From: Cupriavidus necator
GTDB taxonomy: Bacteria; Pseudomonadota; Gammaproteobacteria; Burkholderiales; Burkholderiaceae
Assembly (NCBI RefSeq): GCF_016127575.1
Contig: NZ_CP066019.1
Coordinates: 1,860,001-1,892,000, forward strand
Length of the DNA stretch: 32,000 nt
Direction of reading: 5' to 3'
The position numbers and the translations under genes are program-made. Of the stretch, positions 17,722 to 26,838 are shown in pieces (within the stretch, counting starts at the first letter, position 1; every line of letters begins with the position of its first letter). Below the pieces are notes generated by a model. The model ran no database searches and was not told where the DNA came from. It worked only from the letters and a program-made list of their open reading frames with translations.

Positions 17722-18504
17722 TCAGCCGCGCACGTGGTTGACCAGCGAGCCGATGCCCGCGATCGCCACCTCGACCACCGCACCGTCCTTCATCGACCCC
17801 ACGCCGATCGAGGTGCCGCACGCAATCACGTCGCCGGGCATCAGCGTCAGGTCCTGCGAGATCCGGCTGACCTGTTCCTCGGGCGAGAAGACCATGTCCG
17901 ACAGCGGGTAGTTCTGCCGCTCGACGCCATCGAGCCGCGTGATGACGCTGGCGGCTTTCCAGTTGAAGCCGCAGACAATGGCCGGGCCGATGCAGCCGAA
18001 GGTGTCGAAGCCCTTGGCGCGCGTCCACTGCGGGAAGTTGGGGTCGGCCGTGATCAGCTCGGCCGCGGTCACGTCGTTGACGACGGTGTAGCCAAAGATA
18101 TGCGCGCCGGCCTCGGCCACCGACACATTGCGCGCCTTGCTGCCGATCACGATGCCCAGCTCGCCCTCATAGACGATCTTGCCGTCGTAGCTCTTGGGGC
18201 GCAGCACGGCATCGCCCGGCCCGGCCAGCGACGAGGCCGGCTTGAGCAGGAACAGCGGATGCGTGGGCACGGGCTTTTCCAGCTTGCGCGCGAGTGCGTG
18301 GAAGTTGTTCCACAGTGCCACCACCTTGCCCGGCGCACAGGGCGCGAGCAGCGTCAGCGACGCGCGCTCATGCACGGCGCCGGTGGGGGCGGGGTCGTTG
18401 AAACCGTCGCCGTCATATTCGACGACACGGTTGCCATCGGCTTCGTCGATGCGGCCATGGCCGATGCTGCCGTCAGCGCGGCGAAAGCGTATCCAGGTTT
18501 GCAC
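17722..18504 (-). CDS. Fumarylacetoacetate hydrolase (FAH)-family protein, substrate unknown
   Basis: 260 aa, GTG start 6 nt after SD AAGGAG. FAH-fold motifs are present ([33 protein letters not shown]-like [11 protein letters not shown]). Confidence 0.85.
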   Translation of the reverse strand: MQTWIRFRRADGSIGHGRIDEADGNRVVEYDGDGFNDPAPTGAVHERASLTLLAPCAPGKVVALWNNFHALARKLEKPVPTHPLFLLKPASSLAGPGDAVLRPKSYDGKIVYEGELGIVIGSKARNVSVAEAGAHIFGYTVVNDVTAAELITADPNFPQWTRAKGFDTFGCIGPAIVCGFNWKAASVITRLDGVERQNYPLSDMVFSPEEQVSRISQDLTLMPGDVIACGTSIGVGSMKDGAVVEVAIAGIGSLVNHVRG

Positions 18505-18602
18505 AGCATGCTCCTTGCGCAGGCAAAGCGGGCCCTGCCTGCTCCGATGTCGGTTGCAGGATCTTGGAAGAAATGGGATCGTGGGCGGCTCGCGCCCGGA
18601 TT

Positions 18603-18630
18603 CGTCATTCCCGCACAGGCGGGAATGACG
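18603..18630. repeat. Perfect 12-bp-stem palindrome (REP-like) between frc2 and the FAH gene
   Basis: CGTCATTCCCGC acag GCGGGAATGACG, with no U-tract on either strand. Confidence 0.6.
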
Positions 18631-18641
18631 TCAGGCTTGCG

Positions 18642-19874
18642 TCATACCGCGCCGGCCAGCTTCATCGCGGCGATCTGCGCGGGCGAGCGCCCCAGCCACT
18701 CGAGAATCTCTTCGGTATGCTCGCCCAGCAGCGGCGAACGCTCGATCTCCACCGGCGATGCCGAGAGCGTGATCGGGCAGCCCAGCTGCACGTAGCTGCC
18801 GCGCTGCGGGTGCTCCAGCGCCTTCAGGTAGCCGCGCTGGTACAGCGACTCGTCCTCGATCAGGTCCTTCATCGACAGGATCGGGCCGCACGGAACATCG
18901 ACCTCGTTGAGCGCCGCCATCACGTCGAACTTGCTGCGGCCACCGGTCCATTTCTCGATCACGGCGAAGCAGTCGGCCAGGTGCTTGAGGCGTGCTTCTG
19001 GCGTGGCGTAGTCCGGATTGGTGATCAGGTCCTCGCGCCCGCACAGGCGCATCAGCGGCTCCCAGCCTTGCGGCTGGATGATGACGTAGACATAGTCGTT
19101 GGGGCCGCCCGGCGCGCAGCGCAGCGCCGCGCCCGGCTGGCCGCCGCCCGAGGCATTGCCGGCGCGCGGCACGTGGTCGCCGAACTCTTCGTTCGGGTAC
19201 TCGCGCAGCGGGCCGTTGGCCAGGCGCTGCTGGTCGCGCAGCTTGACGCGGCACAGGTTCAGCACCGCGTCCTGCATCGCCACTTCCACGCGCTGGCCGC
19301 GGCCGGTGTGCTCGCGCTGCAGCAGCGCGGCCAGGATGCCGACCACGCAATGCACGCCCGTGCCCGAATCACCGATCTGCGCGCCGGTGACAGTGGGCAC
19401 GCCCTCGGCATCGCCCGTGGTGGAGGCCGAACCGCCCATGCACTGGGCCACGTTCTCATACGCCTTGCAGTCCGCGTACGGCCCCGGGCCGAAGCCCTTG
19501 ATCGAGGCATAGACCAGCCGCGGGTTCAGGTCCTGCAGGTGGTCCCAGTCAAAGCCCGCGCGCTCGAGCACGCCCGGCCCGAAGTTCTCGATCAGCACGT
19601 CGCTGCGCTGGACCAGGTCTTCGAGCAGCGCCTTGCCTTCGGGCGTCTTCATGTTCAGCGTCAGGCTGCGCTTGTTGCTGTTGAGCATGGTGAAGTACAG
19701 GCTGTCGGCATTGGGCACGTCGCGCAGCTGGCTGCGGGTGATGTCCCCGCGGCCGGGCATTTCCACCTTGATCACGTCCGCGCCCAGCCACGCCATCAGC
19801 TGCGTGGCCGAGGGGCCCGCCTGGACGTGGGTCATGTCCAGGATGCGAACGCCTTGCAGTGCCTTGGTTTCCAT
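18642..19874 (-). CDS. Formyl-CoA transferase paralogue (class III CoA-transferase)
   Basis: I place the start at [25 protein letters not shown] (ATG 19874, SD GGAGA). The track ORF start at 19973 would overlap box 4. Colinear with Frc but divergent in the central insertion ([27 protein letters not shown]). Confidence 0.85.
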   Translation of the reverse strand: METKALQGVRILDMTHVQAGPSATQLMAWLGADVIKVEMPGRGDITRSQLRDVPNADSLYFTMLNSNKRSLTLNMKTPEGKALLEDLVQRSDVLIENFGPGVLERAGFDWDHLQDLNPRLVYASIKGFGPGPYADCKAYENVAQCMGGSASTTGDAEGVPTVTGAQIGDSGTGVHCVVGILAALLQREHTGRGQRVEVAMQDAVLNLCRVKLRDQQRLANGPLREYPNEEFGDHVPRAGNASGGGQPGAALRCAPGGPNDYVYVIIQPQGWEPLMRLCGREDLITNPDYATPEARLKHLADCFAVIEKWTGGRSKFDVMAALNEVDVPCGPILSMKDLIEDESLYQRGYLKALEHPQRGSYVQLGCPITLSASPVEIERSPLLGEHTEEILEWLGRSPAQIAAMKLAGAV

Positions 19875-19975
19875 TTCGGATGTCTCCTCGGACGATGGTT
19901 TCACTTGTATATGGTCTGTTCCTGGTGCTCGGCGCGTACTCGCTCGCGTCCGTTCCGGCCCTCTTGATGACATAC

Positions 19976-19991
19976 GGTATGTGATATATCA
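19976..19991 (-). promoter_or_regulatory. Box 4 (16/16), about 101 nt upstream of the frc2 ATG
   Basis: Read directly. Confidence 0.7.
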
Positions 19992-20124
19992 GAAGAGAGC
20001 AAGAGGAGTTTGCCCGATGCAACACAAATTTCGACGATGCAATGCAGCAATCGGCCTGCTTTGCTTGCCCGAAGTGGGAAACCCAGTGAAATCCCGAATC
20101 AGTCAGCCAGCATCTTTTTCGCAT

Positions 20125-20140
20125 TGATATATCACATACC
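20125..20140 (+). promoter_or_regulatory. Box 5 (16/16), inverted relative to box 4
   Basis: TGATATATCACATACC on the plus strand. Centres of boxes 4 and 5 are about 149 bp apart. It lies between the frc2 promoter and the gntR terminator. Confidence 0.6.
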
Positions 20141-20174
20141 ATAACGCGAAAAGCTCGCGCGTCATCCGGGAACG

Positions 20175-20212
20175 TACAAAAGCAAAACGGCGGACCAAGG
20201 TCCGCCGTTTTG
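20175..20212 (-). terminator. Rho-independent terminator after the GntR gene
   Basis: AAAACGGCGGA ccaagg TCCGCCGTTTT. The minus strand continues with TTTTGCTTTTG. Confidence 0.75.
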
Positions 20213-20232
20213 CCGCCCTACCCCGCCCGCCT

Positions 20233-20952
20233 TCAGTCGAGGAAGTCGCAGTGCCGTTCCACGTAGTCAGCCAGATCCAGCGAATGCTGCCGCACCAGCC
20301 GCTCGGCCAGCTCGGTATCGCGTTTCTCCAGCGCCTCGATGATGCGCAGGTGGTCCACGATGGAGCGTGCCGCCCGGTCGCTCTGCGAGATCGTCATCTT
20401 CCGGATCGCGCGCACGTGGATAAAGATATTGCGGATCGTGTCCATGATGATGTGCGACTTGGACAGCTGCACGATCGCCTGGTGGAAGGCGATATTGGCG
20501 TCGGAATACTCTTCGATATGCTCGGCCGGAGTGGAATCGCGGAAGCTGTCGAACATGCTGCGCAGCTGCGCGATCTCGGCATCGGTGGCGTTCTCGGTGG
20601 CCAGCCGCGCGGCCATGCTTTCCAGCGCGGCCCACATCTGGATCATCTCCACGATCTCGCGCTTGGTCTTGCGCATGATGTAGATGCCGCGCCGGGGCAC
20701 GGTGCGCAGGAAGCCCTCCTGCTCCAGCAGCGTCATGGCTTCGCGGATGGGCGTGCGGCTGACACCCATGGCCTCGCTCAGTACCCGCTCATCGAGGCGG
20801 ATCTCGTCGCGCGACTGGTAGATGTCAGCGTCGGCGATGGCCTGGCGCAACATGGCGTAGGCCTGGTCGCGCAGGCTCGCGCCGGCATTGATCGGTTGCA
20901 CGGACAAGGCCAGCCCGTTGGGCTGGACGATGGATTGGCTTTGCGCAGACAT
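20233..20952 (-). CDS. GntR-family regulator, FadR subfamily (wHTH + FCD domain); candidate regulator of the 16-nt box
   Basis: Start preferred at MSAQSQ (ATG 20952); the track uses GTG 21015. HTH is LDERVLSEAMGVSRTPIREAMTLLEQEGFL, and the all-helical FCD-type C-terminus carries conserved His residues (FHQAIV, DHLRII). Confidence 0.85.
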   Translation of the reverse strand: MSAQSQSIVQPNGLALSVQPINAGASLRDQAYAMLRQAIADADIYQSRDEIRLDERVLSEAMGVSRTPIREAMTLLEQEGFLRTVPRRGIYIMRKTKREIVEMIQMWAALESMAARLATENATDAEIAQLRSMFDSFRDSTPAEHIEEYSDANIAFHQAIVQLSKSHIIMDTIRNIFIHVRAIRKMTISQSDRAARSIVDHLRIIEALEKRDTELAERLVRQHSLDLADYVERHCDFLD

Positions 20953-21104
20953 GAATGAGCTCGTGTGAGACCAGCGGCAGGGTGGCCGGAATGGCTGCCC
21001 CCCGCATTGCCGCACAGCTTAGCAAAAACGCCGGACCCATTACGAAAACGCATCAAACAATGCGTTGTTGTCATGCATCGGCACAGTAGCGGTGCGCGGT
21101 CTGT

Positions 21105-21120
21105 CGTATATGGTATATCA
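21105..21120 (-). promoter_or_regulatory. Box 6 (CGTATATGGTATATCA, 13/16), about 153 nt upstream of the GntR gene
   Basis: Read directly. Same orientation as boxes 1-4. Confidence 0.45.
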
Positions 21121-21228
21121 CTATCGCCTGCCTTTCTCGCTTCGCAAGCCCGGCCAACGCTACCTTGGCGCGCCTGGCGTGCGCCAGGGGATACCTGACC
21201 CGGCGGTATCCCCTGTTCCCAGCCGCGC

Positions 21229-22206
21229 TCAGGCGGCCAGCTTGGCCATCGTGTCGCGCTGCTTGATCAGACCCAGCACGGCATCGCACATCGGCGTGGG
21301 CTGCGCGACCAGACGTCCCATTTCCTGCACCACGGTCAGCAGCGGGTCGATTTCCATGGCCCGCCCGGCCTCCAGGTCCTGCAGCATCGAGGTCTTGTGC
21401 GCGCCCACGGCACCGGCGCCGTCGATGCGCCGCTCCACGTCGACGCGGAATTTCACCCCGAAGCGCTCGGCGATGCCCTGCGCCTCAACCATCATCTGGC
21501 GCGACAGCGCCCGCGTGGCCGGGTCGGCGGTGATGACGTCGAGCGTGGCATGCGTGAGCGCGCTGATCGGGTTGAAGCACAGGTTGCCCCACAGCTTGAG
21601 CCAGATCTCGTCGCGGATATTGTCGCGCACCGGGGCGTCCAGGTCGGCGGCCATCATCATTTCGCTGAGCCGGGTCACGCGCGCCGAGCGGCTGCCATCC
21701 GGCTCGCCCAGCGGAAACTTCTTGCCGTAGACGTGCTTGATCACGCCCGGCGCAACGATCTCAGCCGCGGGATAGACCACGCAGCCGATCGCCCGCTCCG
21801 GCCCCAGGCCCTTCCATTGGCGCCCGCCGGGATCGACGCTTTCCAGCGTGCTGCCGGCCAAGTCGCCGCCATGCTTGTAGAAATACCAGTACGGAATGCC
21901 GTTGACGCCGGTGACGACCGCGGTTTCCGGCCCCAGCAGCGGCTGCATCTGGTCCACCACGCCCGGCACGGAATGCGCCTTGAGGGTGATGAACACATAG
22001 TCCTGGTGTCCGAGCTCGCGCGGATCGCTGGTGCAGCGCACCTTGGCCACGCGCTCCTCGCCGTCGATCAGCAGCCTGACACCATGTTCCTGCATTGCCG
22101 CGAGATGGGGGCCGCGCGCGACGAAGCTGACCTCCGCCCCCGCGCGCGCCAGCTGCGCCCCGACATAGCCGCCGATCGCGCCTGCGCCGTAGATACACAC
22201 TTTCAT
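21229..22206 (-). CDS. Ketopantoate reductase (PanE/ApbA)-family oxidoreductase; candidate oxalyl-CoA reductase
   Basis: 325 aa. Has an N-terminal Rossmann motif (MKVCIYGAGAIGGYVGAQLARAG) and the PanE C-terminal helical domain (KTSMLQDLE.GR..EID). Confidence 0.8.
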   Translation of the reverse strand: MKVCIYGAGAIGGYVGAQLARAGAEVSFVARGPHLAAMQEHGVRLLIDGEERVAKVRCTSDPRELGHQDYVFITLKAHSVPGVVDQMQPLLGPETAVVTGVNGIPYWYFYKHGGDLAGSTLESVDPGGRQWKGLGPERAIGCVVYPAAEIVAPGVIKHVYGKKFPLGEPDGSRSARVTRLSEMMMAADLDAPVRDNIRDEIWLKLWGNLCFNPISALTHATLDVITADPATRALSRQMMVEAQGIAERFGVKFRVDVERRIDGAGAVGAHKTSMLQDLEAGRAMEIDPLLTVVQEMGRLVAQPTPMCDAVLGLIKQRDTMAKLAA

Positions 22207-22239
22207 TGCTGTCTCCTTGATGGCTCGATTTGGATCTTT

Positions 22240-22255
22240 TGATATATCACATACT
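22240..22255 (+). promoter_or_regulatory. Box 7 (TGATATATCACATACT, 15/16) in the panE-like / terC divergent intergenic region
   Basis: Read directly. It lies about 33 nt from the panE-like ATG and 158 nt from the terC ATG. Confidence 0.55.
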
Positions 22256-22412
22256 ATATTCCATCGAGGCGCATGGCAACCGCGTAGAACAACCTTTATC
22301 TTTCCGGATCACACGGCGCGGGCAAGCGGCGCTGCGCTAACATGACGCCTGCATGTGCCCCGGGCGGACCACCGTCCGGCGCCGAGTTGCAACCTGACAC
22401 CCGGAGCCCCCC

Positions 22413-23165
22413 ATGGAAGCGTCGTTGGCATTGCTGCAGGACCCCGCCGCGTGGGCGGCACTGGCCACCCTGGTGGCCATGGAAATCGTGCTGGGGATCG
22501 ACAACCTGATCTTCATCTCGATCCTGACCAACAAGCTGCCTGAAGCCATGCGCGAGAAGGCGCGCAAGGTCGGCATCAGCCTGGCGCTGGTGATGCGCCT
22601 GGGCCTGCTGGCCACCATCGCCTTCATCGTCAAGCTCACCGAGCCGGTGTTCACCATCCTGGGCCAGGGGCTGTCGTGGCGCGACATCATCCTGATCGCG
22701 GGCGGCGCCTTCCTGGTCTGGAAGGCCACGCGCGAAATCCACCACCACGTCACCGCCGCCGAAGAAGGCGAGGAAGGCGGCACGGCCAAGGCGGTGCAGA
22801 GCTTTGCCGCGGCCATCGGCCAGATCCTGGTGCTCGACCTGGTGTTCTCGATCGACAGCATCATCACCGCGGTCGGCATGACCGAGCATGTGCAGATCAT
22901 GTTCGTGGCGGTGATCGCCGCGGTGATGGCGATGCTGTTCGCGGCCACGCCGCTGGCCAACTTCATCAACCGCAACCCGACCATCGTGATGCTGGCGCTG
23001 GCCTTCCTGATGATGATCGGCATGACGCTGATCGCGGAGGGCCTCGGCACCCATGTGCCCAAGGGCTATATCTATACGGCGATGGCGTTCTCGGCCGCGG
23101 TCGAGGGGCTGAACATGCTGGCGCGGCAACGGCGCCAGCGGCGCCGGGCCAGCGGGCAGGCCTGA
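22413..23165 (+). CDS. TerC-family integral membrane protein
   Basis: 250 aa with the hallmark LGIDNLIFI and [11 protein letters not shown] repeats and multiple TM helices. Confidence 0.85.
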   Translation: MEASLALLQDPAAWAALATLVAMEIVLGIDNLIFISILTNKLPEAMREKARKVGISLALVMRLGLLATIAFIVKLTEPVFTILGQGLSWRDIILIAGGAFLVWKATREIHHHVTAAEEGEEGGTAKAVQSFAAAIGQILVLDLVFSIDSIITAVGMTEHVQIMFVAVIAAVMAMLFAATPLANFINRNPTIVMLALAFLMMIGMTLIAEGLGTHVPKGYIYTAMAFSAAVEGLNMLARQRRQRRRASGQA

Positions 23166-23298
23166 TGTGCGGCGGCGGCCGCTTGCAGCCGGGCTGCGGG
23201 CGGCCGCCTGTAACAGAGGGTGTCCGAACTTTTCGCGGACGGCGGCGTCTCTTACAGTTCTGCACAACCCCCGGACAATAAAAGGACGCTTTCGCCAC

Positions 23299-24912
23299 AT
23301 GATGAACCGCCGAACCCTGCTGGTCTCCGCCACTGCCTCCGCCGCGCTCGCCGCACTGGGCATTACCCCGTCGGTGCTGGCAGCCAGCCGGATCAAACTC
23401 GGCGACGCCCAGCCATTCGGTTTCGACGCCCTGATCGAACGCGCCCGCGCACTGGCCGGCAAGCCCTACGCGCCGCCGCCGTCACCGCCCGCGGACGTGC
23501 TGTCCCGCATCGACTACGACGCCCACGGCAAGATCCGCTTCCGCACCGACGACGCGCTCTTTGCCAGTGGCCCAGGCCAGTTCCCGGTCACCTTCTTCCA
23601 CCTCGGCACGTACTTCCGCACGCCGGTGCGCATGCACGTGATCGAACGCGCCAAGGGCGGCCCCGGCAAGGCCCGCGAGATCGTCTACGACGACGCCTAC
23701 TTCGACATGCCGGCCGACAGCCCCGCGCACAAGCTGCCGCCGGGCAGCGGCTTTGCCGGCTTCCGCTTCCAGGAAAGCCGCCTCGGCGACCAGAAGACAC
23801 GCGACTGGCGCAAGAACGACTGGGTTGCCTTCCTCGGCGCGTCGTATTTCCGCGCCATCGGCGACCTGTACCAGTACGGGCTGTCCGCGCGCGGCATCGC
23901 CATCGACGTGGCCGAAGCCGGCAAGTCCGAGGAATTCCCGGCCTTCACCCATTTCTGGTTCGAGACGCCCGAGGGCAACGGCGATACCGTCACGGTCTAT
24001 GCCCTGCTGGATGGCCCCAGCATCGCCGGCGCCTACCGCTTCGTCATGCAGCGTGGCAAGGCCGTGATCATGGATGTGGAGTGCGCGCTGTTCCTGCGCA
24101 AGGATGTGGGCCGGCTGGGGCTGGCGCCGCTGACCTCGATGTTCTGGTTCTCTGAGGGCATCAAAGGCACCGCCGTCGACTGGCGCCCGGAGGTGCATGA
24201 CTCCGACGGCCTGGCGCTGTGGAACGGCGCCGGCGAGCATATCTGGCGCCCGCTGAACAACCCGCCGCAGACCACGGCCTCGGCGTTTTCCGACGATAAC
24301 CCCAAGGGCTTCGGGCTGCTGCAGCGCGACCGCCTGTTCGACCACTACCAGGACGGCGTCAACTATGAACGCCGCCCGAGCCTGTGGGTCGAGCCGCGCG
24401 ACGGCTGGGGCGCCGGTTCGGTGCAGCTGGTTGAGCTGCGCACCGATGACGAGATCCACGACAACATTGTCGCCATGTGGGTGCCCAAGGCCCCGGCCAA
24501 GGCCGGCAGCACCTACCGCCTGCGCTACCGGCTGCACTGGCAGGCCGACGAGCCCTTCCCCTCGCCGCTGGCGCGCTGCGTGGCCACGCGCCTGGGCAAT
24601 GGCGGTCAGCCGGGCCAGCCGCGGCCCAAGGGCGTGCGCAAGTTCATGGTCGAGTTCAAGGGCGCGCCGCTGGAGAAACTGCCCTTCGGCGTCAAACCTG
24701 AAGCCGTACTGACCGCATCTCGCGGCAGCTTCTCCTACGTCTTCACAGAAGCCGTGCCCAACAATGTGCCGGGCCACTGGCGTGCACAATTTGACCTGAC
24801 CGCCGACGGCAACCAGCCGGTCGATATCCGCCTGTTCCTGAGGCTCAACGGCAAGCCGCTGTCGGAGACCTGGCTCTATCAATACCATCCGTTCCAGTCG
24901 CCGGCGGGCTGA
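23299..24912 (+). CDS. opgD: Periplasmic glucan biosynthesis protein, OpgD/MdoD-like (Tat signal)
   Basis: Start at MMNRRTLLVSATASAALAALG, a twin-arginine signal. Typical MdoG/MdoD family length and motifs (FRAIGDLYQYGLSARG, DSDG, FGLLQRDR). Confidence 0.85.
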   Translation: MMNRRTLLVSATASAALAALGITPSVLAASRIKLGDAQPFGFDALIERARALAGKPYAPPPSPPADVLSRIDYDAHGKIRFRTDDALFASGPGQFPVTFFHLGTYFRTPVRMHVIERAKGGPGKAREIVYDDAYFDMPADSPAHKLPPGSGFAGFRFQESRLGDQKTRDWRKNDWVAFLGASYFRAIGDLYQYGLSARGIAIDVAEAGKSEEFPAFTHFWFETPEGNGDTVTVYALLDGPSIAGAYRFVMQRGKAVIMDVECALFLRKDVGRLGLAPLTSMFWFSEGIKGTAVDWRPEVHDSDGLALWNGAGEHIWRPLNNPPQTTASAFSDDNPKGFGLLQRDRLFDHYQDGVNYERRPSLWVEPRDGWGAGSVQLVELRTDDEIHDNIVAMWVPKAPAKAGSTYRLRYRLHWQADEPFPSPLARCVATRLGNGGQPGQPRPKGVRKFMVEFKGAPLEKLPFGVKPEAVLTASRGSFSYVFTEAVPNNVPGHWRAQFDLTADGNQPVDIRLFLRLNGKPLSETWLYQYHPFQSPAG

Positions 24913-25029
24913 GGTGCCCACGGCCGCGCGCCTGGCCCTTTACACCATATTGCGTCGCCGTGATGTCAGGCGCGCACGAGCGGGTATGATGACTGGCTAC
25001 GACAGTCCAACTGCATCAGCCAGCCTCAC

Positions 25030-25722
25030 ATGATTTCTCAAGAGTTCGCCGGCGCCGCCGAGAGTGGCCAGGCCGCATCGCTCCCGCGCTCGGAGCGCGC
25101 CTACCAGCAACTGCGCGCCGCCATCCAGGCCGGCCAGCTGCCCCCCGGCACGCGGCTGCGCGAGGTGGAACTGGCCGAATCCCTGGGCCTGTCGCGCACG
25201 CCGGTGCGTGAAGCGCTGTCGCGGCTGGAGTCCGAAGGGCTGGTCGTCAACGAGCCCAACCGCGGCATGATGGTCACCCAGCTCGACGCCAGCATGGTCA
25301 GCGAGCTGTACGTCATGCGCGAAGTGCTGGAAGGCACCGCCGCCGCGCTGGCCGCGCGCCATGCCACCGACGTGGAGATCTCGCTTCTGCGCGATATCGT
25401 CGAGCGCGACCTGGCCATCGCCGACGACCCCGACCGGCTCGCGCTGAACAACCGGCTGTTCCACGAAACCCTGCACCGCTGCGCCCACAACCGCTACCTG
25501 CTGAAGACGCTGCGCTCGCTGCATGAGTCGATGGCACTGCTGGGACGCACCACGCTGGCGGTACCAGGGCGCGCGCGCAGCTCCTACGAAGAACACATCT
25601 CGCTGGTCGAGGCGCTGGAAAAGCGCGACCCGGCACTGGCCGAACAGATCGCGCGCCGGCATATCCAGCAGGCCTACAAGGTGCGGCTGTCGCTCTGGAT
25701 CCAGGAACAGTCGGGCAGTTGA
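25030..25722 (+). CDS. GntR-family regulator (FadR subfamily), second copy
   Basis: 230 aa with HTH EVELAESLGLSRTPVREALSRLESEGLV and an FCD-type C-terminus. Confidence 0.8.
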   Translation: MISQEFAGAAESGQAASLPRSERAYQQLRAAIQAGQLPPGTRLREVELAESLGLSRTPVREALSRLESEGLVVNEPNRGMMVTQLDASMVSELYVMREVLEGTAAALAARHATDVEISLLRDIVERDLAIADDPDRLALNNRLFHETLHRCAHNRYLLKTLRSLHESMALLGRTTLAVPGRARSSYEEHISLVEALEKRDPALAEQIARRHIQQAYKVRLSLWIQEQSGS

Positions 25723-25746
25723 TCTGCCCGGCAGCAGTCGGCCGTA

Positions 25747-26649
25747 TCAGGCCGCCTGGGCCCGCGCCGTGCGCAGCGTGCCCAGGCTAAGCACGGCCAG
25801 CGCCACCAGGATCAGCATCACGGCACCCAGCGTCTGCGGCGCGATCTGCTCGCCGCCCAGCCATGCGCCCATCGCCAGCGCCACCGGCGGGTTTACATAG
25901 ACATAGCTGGCCGACAACGTCTGGCTGACAGTGGACACCAGGTACATGTAGGCAGAGAACGCCACCAGCGACCCCGCCACCACCAGGTAGACCCAGGCCC
26001 AGCCGGCCTGCGCGCTGACCGATGCCGGCCACGGCTCCTGCCGCAGCGCCGACAGCACCATCAGCACCACGCCGCCGATCAGCATCTCCGCGGCAAATGC
26101 CGCGGCGCCTTGGGGCAGCTCCATCCGGCGCGCCAGCTGCGAGCCGAATGACCAGCTCGCCACTGCCAGCATCAGCGCCACCACGCCCCCGGTACTGACG
26201 CGGAATTCCGCCCCCGCGGTCAGCACCAGGATGCCCAGGCTGCCGATTGCGATCGCCACGTACTCATACCATTTCGGCCGGTTGCCGAAGCAGGCACTCC
26301 AGACCAGCGCGAAGATCGGCATCGACCCGATCATCACCGTGGTGGCACCGGAAGAAATCGTCTGCTCGGCAATCGCTGTCAGGCCCATGCCGCCCACCAG
26401 CAGGAACAGCGCCGGCACCGCGCAGTTGCGCAACAGCCGCCACGACGGCATCGGCGTGCCCCGCCACGCCAGCCAGGCGGCCAGCAGCAGGCCCGCGCAC
26501 AGGAAGCGCGTGCCCATCATGAACAGCGGCGGAAAGCTCTCCAGCGTAAAGCGGATCGCCAGGTAGGTCGTGCCCCAGACCACATAGGTGATCAGCAGGC
26601 ACAGCAGGACAAGCGGGGGCATGGTCGGGAAGGCATATTGCGAAGGCAT
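25747..26649 (-). CDS. EamA/DMT-family transporter
   Basis: Ten predicted hydrophobic segments forming two EamA halves. Start uncertain: ATG 26649 is preferred for its G-rich SD; the track uses 26697. Confidence 0.8.
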   Translation of the reverse strand: MPSQYAFPTMPPLVLLCLLITYVVWGTTYLAIRFTLESFPPLFMMGTRFLCAGLLLAAWLAWRGTPMPSWRLLRNCAVPALFLLVGGMGLTAIAEQTISSGATTVMIGSMPIFALVWSACFGNRPKWYEYVAIAIGSLGILVLTAGAEFRVSTGGVVALMLAVASWSFGSQLARRMELPQGAAAFAAEMLIGGVVLMVLSALRQEPWPASVSAQAGWAWVYLVVAGSLVAFSAYMYLVSTVSQTLSASYVYVNPPVALAMGAWLGGEQIAPQTLGAVMLILVALAVLSLGTLRTARAQAA

Positions 26650-26737
26650 CCACGATAGCCCCCTGCCACGTCCCGGCCAAACGAAAAGGTCTGGCAAGCC
26701 TTGCGAAAGTTATTCACAAAGCACGCAAGAACCGCGG

Positions 26738-26788
26738 GCAAAACAAAACCGGCCGCGCCTGCCCGGGCGGGCGCACGTATGGCCGGTT
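26738..26788 (-). terminator. Probable terminator after the 61-aa ORF
   Basis: AACCGGCC...GGCCGGTT with a GC-rich inner stem, followed on the minus strand by TTTGTTTTG. Confidence 0.45.
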
Positions 26789-26838
26789 CTACAACGCAGC
26801 CCGCAACGGGCCACAACTACTCTGCTGCAAACAACTCT

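Noticed and set aside
18642-19973. Long form of the frc paralogue (443 aa) starting at 19973
   Set aside because: The extra 33 codons are Arg/Ser/Thr-rich, overlap box 4 and the conserved 32-nt module, and lack an SD. ATG 19874 has a GGAGA SD and aligns with the Frc N-terminus.
22256-22412. A yybP-ykoY (Mn2+) riboswitch in front of the TerC-family gene
   Set aside because: I could not find the conserved GGAGAGTAG / GACA-type core of that riboswitch in the 5' region. Only box 7 stands out there.
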